Virus record (IMG/VR): IMGVR_UViG_3300034061_002899
DNA: 64,000 nt
From: a virus
Reading direction: 5' to 3' (one strand)
The notes under the pieces were generated by a model, which worked only from the letters and a program-made list of their open reading frames with translations, searched no databases and was not told the DNA's origin. The stretch's first letter is position 1; each line of letters opens with the position of its first letter. Positions 57,045 through 63,769 of this stretch are shown here, piece after piece. The position numbers were made by a program, and so were the translations under genes.

Positions 57045-57449
57045 TTAATTATTTCTTAAAACTTGTTCTCGCCTTTCTTTGACGATTTCATTTCTTTTAC
57101 TAACATCTTTTATTTTTTGTATATCCAAACAATCTCTAATACAATCGTCAGGTAATGCCATATTTTTTCTAACAAGTTTAGCAACTTCTAATTCATTTGG
57201 TAATAACCCGCGAAGGCCGTTAAAGGGTCTTTTCCACATTCCGTTATCTACTGCATGACAGGTTATACATGTATGATCGGGCATTGAAGGTCGCATGTCT
57301 CTAGCTAAATGATTACCTGTTAACTTAGAGCATACATAGTTATCTGTTACTGTGGGGTATTCTATACCACAACTATTAGTTGAGATTGGTTTTAATGTTG
57401 AACACCCGGTAAGTAAAAGAAACATTAATACTAAGCCTATTTTTTTCAT
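57045..57449 (-). CDS. Lipoprotein with CxxCH heme-binding motif
   Basis: Lipobox LLTGC; HTCITCHA. Confidence 0.6.
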   Translation of the reverse strand: MKKIGLVLMFLLLTGCSTLKPISTNSCGIEYPTVTDNYVCSKLTGNHLARDMRPSMPDHTCITCHAVDNGMWKRPFNGLRGLLPNELEVAKLVRKNMALPDDCIRDCLDIQKIKDVSKRNEIVKERREQVLRNN

Positions 57450-57485
57450 GTATCACCCTTTATATGGACAGAGAACTTAAAAATT

Positions 57486-57571
57486 TGGTGCGACTGGCCG
57501 GAATCGAACCGGCACGCTGTTACGGCGAGAGATTTTAAGTCTCTTGTGTCTACCTATTTCACCACAGTCGC
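57486..57571 (-). tRNA. tRNA-Leu(TAA)
   Basis: AGAGA-CTTAAAA-TCTCT; long variable arm; CCA. Confidence 0.96.
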
Positions 57572-57619
57572 AAATCTTGTTATCATTATATATCATACAA
57601 TGATTGTAGTCAAATATTA

Positions 57620-57696
57620 TGGCGCACCGTAGGGGACTCGAACCCCTGGCCTCATGCGTGACAGGCATGCGATCTAACCAACTGATCTAACGGTGC
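57620..57696 (-). tRNA. tRNA-Asp(GTC)
   Basis: CATGC-CTGTCAC-GCATG; G73-CCA. Confidence 0.97.
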
Positions 57697-57768
57697 AAAA
57701 TCTGTGATAGTTTCTATACAACCCATTGAAACTAACAAACATTGAGTATATTGCTACACTATTTGTCT

Positions 57769-57852
57769 TGGTGGAGACGGTTGGAGTTGAACCAACAGTG
57801 CCGAAGCGGAAGATTTACAGTCTCCTGGGGTTACCAATTTTCCTACATCTCC
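57769..57852 (-). tRNA. tRNA-Tyr(GTA)
   Basis: GGAGA-CTGTAAA-TCTTC; variable arm; CCA. Confidence 0.95.
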
Positions 57853-57859
57853 AAAATTA

Positions 57860-58055
57860 GTATAAGCTACTTGTTTCCACACAAGCCCTTAATTGAGCGG
57901 TTACTCTGTCCATCTCATTTATTCAAAGTCTGTGTGCAGTGAGAATCTGCCTATCAGAGCCTGCGAGGGTATTTTTAATCCTCACGCTAACGGTTTTCTG
58001 CCACCGGATCTCTATCATTAATCAAACGCTATTTTAACGAAAATAGTAACGGGAT
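57860..58055 (-). ncRNA. Pseudoknot-rich ncRNA, paralogue of 53315-53505
   Basis: Shared TGGACAG.GTAAC..CTCA....GGGCT..TGTGG...AGTAGC; GCAG/CTGC+TCTCA/TGAGA pseudoknot. Confidence 0.6.
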
Positions 58056-58057
58056 AC

Positions 58058-58133
58058 TGGAGCTCGGTACGGGATTCGAACCCGTGTGAATGCCGTGAAA
58101 GGGCACTATCCTAGGCCACTAGATGAACCGAGC
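58058..58133 (-). tRNA. tRNA-Glu(TTC)
   Basis: GTGCC-CTTTCAC-GGCAT; CCA. Confidence 0.95.
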
Positions 58134-58137
58134 ATTA

Positions 58138-58265
58138 TGTTATTAGTTTTGCTGACGCACTATTTGCTATGTCTCAACGGAATTGGTGGCCACACTACCG
58201 TTTATCGTCATAGTTACGTAGGGTTGACGTTTACCCAAGGGCTTACATCAGCAAAACTAATAACA
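58138..58265 (-). ncRNA. Stem-enclosed small RNA cassette C
   Basis: Perfect 18-bp IR TGTTATTAGTTTTGCTGA/TCAGCAAAACTAATAACA closing 92 nt. Confidence 0.55.
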
Positions 58266-58267
58266 CA

Positions 58268-58480
58268 CTATATGAAAACACACTATGGGAACTACTAAAC
58301 AAATAGTCAGTACCGTCTACTGATTCAATGTCATTCGTCATTACTGCCTAACTGCCCGTCACGTTCGTAACTTTCGTTATCATACGCTTCTTGTACTCTA
58401 TGCGAAGCCAGTCCGTCAACTGGTTATGCTTCCATAGAGTACCTAACGGATCAGGTAACCCTTAATATGTTTACATATAG
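58268..58480 (-). ncRNA. Stem-enclosed structured RNA cassette D
   Basis: 13-bp closing IR (1 mismatch); internal GTACTCTATG/CATAGAGTAC stem; complementary loops TCCGT/ACGGA. Confidence 0.55.
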
Positions 58481-58566
58481 AGCCCTGAACTTAACAGGGA
58501 TATATGAATTCTAAATTTTAAAGAACTTTGTTGAAATGTCTGATGACTTTCTCAACTCATGCTATG

Positions 58567-58595
58567 ATTGTATCATAACTTCCATTTGTTGTCAA
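58567..58595 (-). promoter_or_regulatory. sigma70 promoter
   Basis: TTGACA-17-TACAAT. Confidence 0.8.
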
Positions 58596-58648
58596 ATTCT
58601 TTTTTGTGTCTCTGTTTCCAAGAACTTGTTCAATCAATCTATAACTAG

Positions 58649-58677
58649 AGTATAGCACTAAACTGATTTATTGTCAA
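58649..58677 (-). promoter_or_regulatory. sigma70 promoter (repeat family)
   Basis: TTGACAATAAAT..-TATACT with TG extension. Confidence 0.8.
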
Positions 58678-58681
58678 ATTT

Positions 58682-58756
58682 TGGTCCGGGGTACAGGAAT
58701 CGAACCTGTATTGACTGCTTAGAAGGCAGCTGTATTATCCATTATACTAACCCCAG
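58682..58756 (-). tRNA. tRNA-Arg(TCT)
   Basis: GCTGC-CTTCTAA-GCAGT; CCA. Confidence 0.95.
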
Positions 58757-58777
58757 ATAAATGTCTAACTTGCCTCT

Positions 58778-58806
58778 ATTATAGCAGAGAATTGATTTAT
58801 TGTCAA
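58778..58806 (-). promoter_or_regulatory. sigma70 promoter (repeat family)
   Basis: TTGACAATAAAT..-TATAAT. Confidence 0.85.
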
Positions 58807-58827
58807 GTGTGACAATAACTATTTGAT

Positions 58828-58903
58828 TGGCTCCCCGACCTGGGCTCGAACCAGGGACCTACGGATTAACAGTCCGGTGCTCTACCAACTGAGCTATCGA
58901 GGA
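58828..58903 (-). tRNA. tRNA-Asn(GTT)
   Basis: CTGTTAA loop; G73-CCA. Confidence 0.97.
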
Positions 58904-58908
58904 ATATT

Positions 58909-58983
58909 TGGTGCCCCAGGTTAGAATCGAACTAACTACCTACCGCTTACAAGGCGGGTGCTCTACCAGTGAGCTACAAGGGC
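58909..58983 (-). tRNA. tRNA-Thr(TGT)
   Basis: CTTGTAA loop; CCA. Confidence 0.95.
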
Positions 58984-59013
58984 TTTTGTCTTACGACTTG
59001 TTTATTTAACAGT

Positions 59014-59042
59014 ATTGTATCATAGGAAAACTTTTTTGTCAA
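59014..59042 (-). promoter_or_regulatory. sigma70 promoter
   Basis: TTGACA-17-TACAAT. Confidence 0.8.
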
Positions 59043-59043
59043 C

Positions 59044-59604
59044 CTATGATAATAATATTCTACTGTGTTTGGGAACACCGGCAAGCAAGTATTCCATTTG
59101 GTCTGCAAGAATAGTTCTATGTTGTAATATCATATTCTCGTAATGATTAGGTACGTAAGGTGCATAAATTAATTCCATACGTGCTTCTTTCAATGTCTTG
59201 TGACCTTTCTTGCTGTTACAATCTTTACAAGCTGTAACAACGTTCATCCAGGTGTTCTCACCACCTTTACTCTTTGGATGAATATGATCTCTACTTAGTA
59301 AGTGAAAGTTAGGAAAGTGTTCACCGCAGTAAGCGCATACATGTCTATCACGACCAAATAATGTTTTGTTAGTTAGTGCTACACAAGAATGTTTGTATGG
59401 GTTGAATCCGTGTCCTTTGATAGCAATAATACTAGTAGCTTCCAAGTAACTTAATGTACCGTCTTTTTGTATGCCACCACGATATTTAGCCACAATTTCC
59501 CCCATTGACCATGCTATGGCATCTTTTGCTTTATAGGTAATTGCGTCATCATTTGAGATCCACTGCCGGGGAACTCCTGAGATATCTAGTGCTAGAACAG
59601 CCAT
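59044..59604 (-). CDS. HNH endonuclease (McrA-like)
   Basis: LFGRDRHVCAYCG...DHIHPKSKGG..TWMNVVTACKDCNSKKG; AAGGAG RBS. Confidence 0.92.
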   Translation of the reverse strand: MAVLALDISGVPRQWISNDDAITYKAKDAIAWSMGEIVAKYRGGIQKDGTLSYLEATSIIAIKGHGFNPYKHSCVALTNKTLFGRDRHVCAYCGEHFPNFHLLSRDHIHPKSKGGENTWMNVVTACKDCNSKKGHKTLKEARMELIYAPYVPNHYENMILQHRTILADQMEYLLAGVPKHSRILLS

Positions 59605-59652
59605 GTAAAACTCCTTTTCTGCTATTGTCACTAATTGTATTTAATGCCGTAT

Positions 59653-59727
59653 TGGCGGGTCCTGCAGGAATCGAACCCACATCCCGAAGTTCGAAGCATC
59701 GTATTCTATCCATTGAACTAAGGACCC
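59653..59727 (-). tRNA. tRNA-Arg(TCG)
   Basis: CTTCGAA loop; A20; CCA. Confidence 0.9.
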
Positions 59728-59729
59728 AT

Positions 59730-59805
59730 TGGTACCAAGAGTTGGACTCGAACCAACCACACCTAGTGCTTCAAACTAGTGCTCTACCTGATGAGCTATC
59801 TTGGC
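59730..59805 (-). tRNA. tRNA-Phe(GAA)
   Basis: CTAGT-TTGAAGC-ACTAG (G37); CCA. Confidence 0.92.
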
Positions 59806-59812
59806 TTATAAA

Positions 59813-59964
59813 GGTGGGAGCCTAACTATCTTATTGTTAGTAAGCCTCGCTAGATTGTCTCGTATAGGCAAGTTTATACACCCATCAATCATACTATAGT
59901 GTCATCACAGTTAACCCCACGGTGACTAGATTGGCAGGGACTCGAACCTATCGTCTATCCCATA
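59813..59964 (-). ncRNA. T-loop-containing structured RNA, not a canonical tRNA
   Basis: TGGGA/TCCCA closing stem; AGGTTCGAGTCCCT near 5' end; several hairpins; no ORF. Confidence 0.45.
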
Positions 59965-59978
59965 AACTTTGAAAATTA

Positions 59979-60647
59979 TTATTTACTTTTATAAGGCAAC
60001 GTACACCACATGATTACAGCAGTTTTCGATTCTATGCCATTTTTAAGATAGTTATCGCTACAGTGCCATTTATATCGGCTGGCTGCCAACAATGAACCGG
60101 TCTTCCATGGGAAAACGGTTTCAATTGATAAGTATCTCATTTTTTCTCTCAACTCATATGAAAGGTATTTTTCATATGTTTCGTCATCTATAGAATCAAT
60201 GGGGTCTGCTTTTTGAATGTATTCGTCAATATTTTTACTAGTGGTATACCATTCATTAAAAATGACAGTATTAGAATCTACTGTTTCTAATGGAATAACA
60301 ACTGTATATGCACCATAGTGGTCATCATCTATTCCATATTCCCCATATATACCATCTATATGTGTTCGGTATGGAGTATATGATTCTAATATATGCATCC
60401 CACCTATAACTAAATCAGCTCCAAATTCTTTATGCATTTTTTCTCTTAATAACAAATCAGAATTTTTCATCGACGGATTATCTAATATTGACGTAATTTT
60501 ACATTCTAATTCATTTTCGGAATATGTTTCAGATATAGCGTTTGGATCTACGGTAATAGCTTCAAGTAAAATAGATTCAACCTCTGTATTAGATAAAAAA
60601 TTATCTATAACTCTAGTATCAACAATGGGTGGGTTAAGATTAATCAT
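59979..60647 (-). CDS. 2OG-Fe(II) oxygenase-like protein
   Basis: THIDG, VIPL, WKTGSL, WHCSDN, K. Confidence 0.6.
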   Translation of the reverse strand: MINLNPPIVDTRVIDNFLSNTEVESILLEAITVDPNAISETYSENELECKITSILDNPSMKNSDLLLREKMHKEFGADLVIGGMHILESYTPYRTHIDGIYGEYGIDDDHYGAYTVVIPLETVDSNTVIFNEWYTTSKNIDEYIQKADPIDSIDDETYEKYLSYELREKMRYLSIETVFPWKTGSLLAASRYKWHCSDNYLKNGIESKTAVIMWCTLPYKSK

Positions 60648-60670
60648 AATATAACTATTTATATAATGTT

Positions 60671-60748
60671 TGGCACCCCCTCAAGGATTCGAACCTCGGT
60701 GTGTCGGAATCAAAATCCGATGCCTTAGACCAACTTGGCGAAGGGGGT
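60671..60748 (-). tRNA. tRNA-Gln(TTG)
   Basis: TCGGA-TTTTGAT-TCCGA; G73-CCA. Confidence 0.95.
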
Positions 60749-60757
60749 ATTTTATCT

Positions 60758-60847
60758 TTAATAAAGAGACTCCTTGTACACATTACATAAATGTGTCCAT
60801 GCTTCAATTTCTTGTTTATGCTTTTCTACTGATTGATTCCAACTCAT
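60758..60847 (-). CDS. 29-aa peptide between tRNAs
   Basis: AAGGAGA RBS; MSWNQSVEKHKQEIEAWTHLCNVYKESLY. Confidence 0.5.
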   Translation of the reverse strand: MSWNQSVEKHKQEIEAWTHLCNVYKESLY

Positions 60848-60865
60848 TTGAGTCTCCTTAAAATT

Positions 60866-60940
60866 TGGTACCGCCACCTGGACTTGAACCAGGGACCTAC
60901 GCCTTATCAAGGCGGTGCTCTACCACTGAGCTATAGCGGT
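60866..60940 (-). tRNA. tRNA-Ile(GAT)
   Basis: TTGATAA loop; CCA. Confidence 0.96.
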
Positions 60941-60944
60941 GAAT

Positions 60945-61019
60945 TGGTGGATGTAAGTAGATTTGAACTACTGACCTGCTCCGTATGAAGGAGATGCACT
61001 ACCGCTGTGCTATACATCC
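60945..61019 (-). tRNA. tRNA-Met(CAT), elongator
   Basis: TTCATAC loop; G1:C72; CCA. Confidence 0.9.
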
Positions 61020-61020
61020 A

Positions 61021-61097
61021 TGGGGTGCTTGATGGGATTCGAACCCACGTATATCGGAATCACAATCCGAGGTCTTAACCGCTTGACGACAAGCACC
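61021..61097 (-). tRNA. tRNA-His(GTG)
   Basis: TTGTGAT loop; G-1:C73; CCA. Confidence 0.96.
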
Positions 61098-61104
61098 ATA
61101 CTAT

Positions 61105-61181
61105 TGGTACGACCTAAGAGAGTTGAACTCCTGACCCCCAAGTTCGTAGCCTGGTGCTCTATCCATCTGAGCTAAGGTCGC
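61105..61181 (-). tRNA. tRNA-Arg(ACG)
   Basis: CTACGAA loop; A20; CCA. Confidence 0.96.
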
Positions 61182-61253
61182 ATTCTAAAACATACTATGG
61201 CTTAACCTTTCAGGGGTCAGGGTACTGTTTACCCATAGTATGTTTTAGAATGC
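61180..61253 (-). ncRNA. Stem-enclosed small RNA cassette E
   Basis: Perfect 21-bp IR GCATTCTAAAACATACTATGG/CCATAGTATGTTTTAGAATGC closing 32 nt. Confidence 0.55.
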
Positions 61254-61400
61254 CGTGTATTTCTACACGACATGATAGGGTCGATACCCTATCCAGTAGT
61301 CTTACTTTTTGTGTTACCGCCACAAATTTCATGTGTACTGTCCGCCCATTCTATACATTTTGCGCTGTATTACGGCTCTCGTTGCCTATTCACGCTGTCA

Positions 61401-61568
61401 TCAATCAGTATAAGTTAGTTGGTTAACTTTCTTAGTAGCCTCTTGATAGACTTTAGCACGTTCAAGTTTATTTTCTATCAACCGTGCTACTTGCTCCTTA
61501 GTCAAAACATGATTGCTAAACCAATCTGTCTTGTCTTTAGAAGTTGTGTATTCTATCTGTTCATCCAT
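61401..61568 (-). CDS. Small hypothetical protein (55 aa, not in ORF track)
   Basis: MDEQIEYTTSKDKTDWFSNHVLTKEQVARLIENKLERAK...; start uncertain. Confidence 0.45.
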   Translation of the reverse strand: MDEQIEYTTSKDKTDWFSNHVLTKEQVARLIENKLERAKVYQEATKKVNQLTYTD

Positions 61569-61578
61569 TTATTGTCAA
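61550..61578 (-). promoter_or_regulatory. sigma70 promoter heading the tRNA array
   Basis: TTGACAATAAATGG..-TAGAAT. Confidence 0.8.
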
Positions 61579-61595
61579 ATCCATTCTGTATAAGT

Positions 61596-61630
61596 AAAAA
61601 CCCCTGAGACTTTTTAGTTTCCCAGGGGTT
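61596..61630 (-). terminator. Terminator/attenuator hairpin
   Basis: AACCCCTGGGA..TCTCAGGGGTTTTT. Confidence 0.8.
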
Positions 61631-61658
61631 AGATAAATTTAGTTATGATGTTAACTTG

Positions 61659-61796
61659 TTACCTAGTCCCCGGGCCATGTTCATTTGAATCATTGTAGCC
61701 ACGAATACTTGTTGGATATGCTGGTACAAAGGATACACTGGCTGTTGTCTGCCATTGCCCGTTATGCTTCAACATGTTACAAGTTTTATTCATCAT
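61659..61796 (-). CDS. Putative leader peptide (45 aa)
   Basis: MMNKTCNMLKH...IRGYNDSNEHGPGTR; ends ~30 nt before the terminator. Confidence 0.45.
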   Translation of the reverse strand: MMNKTCNMLKHNGQWQTTASVSFVPAYPTSIRGYNDSNEHGPGTR

Positions 61797-61872
61797 AGTC
61801 TTTTATTTAGTCCTGGTTTAAAATTAGTGCAAATTACATATGTTTTTTGCACCTTTTCTCAATTCATGCTGA

Positions 61873-61901
61873 AGTATAGCATAGCTAGGAATTGATGTCA
61901 A
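61873..61901 (-). promoter_or_regulatory. sigma70 promoter
   Basis: TTGACA-17-TATACT with TG extension. Confidence 0.8.
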
Positions 61902-61962
61902 CATTTTTTTAAAGCATGTTGCCCAAAAATTTTGTTTATGATTAGCCCGTATACCCTAGTTA

Positions 61963-62787
61963 TTATTTAAATAAATGATCAAACAGTTTGGCAATTTTTG
62001 TATGACCAAGTAGAGTTGGATGGAAGGAATATGGGTTAATTAGGTCATTTGCAATAAGATGATCTATTCTATTTGTGTCTTTTACCCATTGACTAGTATG
62101 GTAGCCGTCAATATTATTATTGAATTCAGAATCTATTGCAAGTTGACTCATAAGGTCTCTTGATGTTGGATGATCTATAACAAAATTATTGATTTGAGTA
62201 TTGTTCTTATAATTAGATTCTGATCCTTGTTTAAGACCCGGACTATCTAAAGTGTAATCATGATGGTTAAATGAATCGAACCAATAATTTTTTATGCCCA
62301 ACGCATTAAAGAATGAATTCCAATGATTCATTTCCTGTGCCAGTTCAAAGATTTCATGATTATGGTCATATATATTTTTGAGCATGAATTCAGACATGTT
62401 TTTTTCTACAGGACAAGGGTGTTTGTCACTTGACAATAAGAAGTTCGTATAGTCATTATTCATTGAGGAAAACCATTCATTTCTTCCAGTAGAGGTTATC
62501 CCCCACAGTACGATAACTTCACTACCAGATTGTTTGATAGAGTTAAAAGAAGTTCCTGAAAAAAAATTCCTGGCTAGTCTAAATTGTCGTCTATTACTAG
62601 ATCGCCATATTGACATGTTTATATTTTTATACCCATATTGTTCAGCTAGTATGTTTCTGAAACTTAGGGTGTCGGCTACATTTTTATCAAATACGATTTT
62701 TTTAAAATCTACATCAGACATACCAGATGTATAACCAACACCAGCTCCCCATGTCCAACTACATCCCAGTGTTATTAAATATTTCAT
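61963..62787 (-). CDS. SGNH/GDSL-like protein
   Basis: LGCSWTWGAG, SSNRRQ.R, WGITSTGRNE, SFHPTLLGH. Confidence 0.7.
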   Translation of the reverse strand: MKYLITLGCSWTWGAGVGYTSGMSDVDFKKIVFDKNVADTLSFRNILAEQYGYKNINMSIWRSSNRRQFRLARNFFSGTSFNSIKQSGSEVIVLWGITSTGRNEWFSSMNNDYTNFLLSSDKHPCPVEKNMSEFMLKNIYDHNHEIFELAQEMNHWNSFFNALGIKNYWFDSFNHHDYTLDSPGLKQGSESNYKNNTQINNFVIDHPTSRDLMSQLAIDSEFNNNIDGYHTSQWVKDTNRIDHLIANDLINPYSFHPTLLGHTKIAKLFDHLFK

Positions 62788-63766
62788 ATTTGAATGTCAT
62801 TTTGTTTTTTAAATCATTAATATACTGTATCGGATTATTCAATACCAGTTGATTTTGTTTTGCATGATAGTTACTTAAAGTATATTTGATAAATTCTTGT
62901 TTGTCAACTTCCAATTGCCCAAAAAGTTTTGTAAATATATGAGTTAACTGGTCTCCGTCATTTAGTCTAATAACATCATATGGTAATATTATACATTCTT
63001 CATCTATAAAATCAGAATAAGGTGCGATTACCTTAAAAGGTTCTTGTTGACCAATTTCATGACCCACATTGGGTAATAATACATGATGACCGACCGTTGG
63101 CAACAACACATAATTAACTACGTCAGGTGTATCCCCTAATAACTTGTAGTATTCAAACATGCGAACCAGGGTAATATAAGTTACTATATCTTGGTAATCA
63201 GGATTGAATCTATCATCTACAATCGTTTTTGCTAACTCTTTATCATCAAATAGTTTAGTAATTTTATATTCAGCATATTCTTTCCATCTATCTAATGCAA
63301 CATTACGTCTGTTTTTGGAAATGGTTGATATCACATTAGGATCTAATATGTTTTTTAATTGTTGTAATATTGTAATTGTTAATTTTTCAGCCAAGGACTC
63401 TTGGGTAACTACTAGTATTTTTGCGTTTGGAAACAGGTGGCGGTAAATTGGGATGTTTGTAAAATCGTGTGTACAGCTTATTATTGGTTTTTTTATATCA
63501 AGTTGGGTGAATTGTTGTTGAACGTCAGAAATTTTAGCTAACCTATTGTGTGCTAATGATAACGGTCGTACAAAAGTAGTACGTGGTAAATTTACTTTAT
63601 TAGATGTAGTATTTGATATTACGTGAAAACTTCCAGTTGAAGAAATGTCTAACTTAGACAAGTTGTTTGACATTAGTTTATCTGTCAATCCTGCTAGAAA
63701 ATTACCACCGGCGCCCGGGTGAAAAACGATAAAATAATGTCTTAAGTTATATACATCGCTCATCAC
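62759..63766 (-). CDS. Sulfotransferase-like P-loop protein
   Basis: FHPGAGGNFL, CTH..., FPNAKILVV. Confidence 0.45.
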   Translation of the reverse strand: MMSDVYNLRHYFIVFHPGAGGNFLAGLTDKLMSNNLSKLDISSTGSFHVISNTTSNKVNLPRTTFVRPLSLAHNRLAKISDVQQQFTQLDIKKPIISCTHDFTNIPIYRHLFPNAKILVVTQESLAEKLTITILQQLKNILDPNVISTISKNRRNVALDRWKEYAEYKITKLFDDKELAKTIVDDRFNPDYQDIVTYITLVRMFEYYKLLGDTPDVVNYVLLPTVGHHVLLPNVGHEIGQQEPFKVIAPYSDFIDEECIILPYDVIRLNDGDQLTHIFTKLFGQLEVDKQEFIKYTLSNYHAKQNQLVLNNPIQYINDLKNKMTFKYEIFNNTGM

Positions 63767-63769
63767 ATA

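Noticed and set aside
53315-58055. HDV-like/theta ribozymes at tRNA 3' ends
   Set aside because: tRNAs already encode CCA and a nested double pseudoknot starting at the tRNA end could not be built by eye
56306-61607. ORF-track entries overlapping tRNAs/ncRNAs (56306, 57477, 57742, 58086, 59541, 60670, 61154, 61419)
   Set aside because: Overlap or run antisense to structured RNA genes; no translation signals
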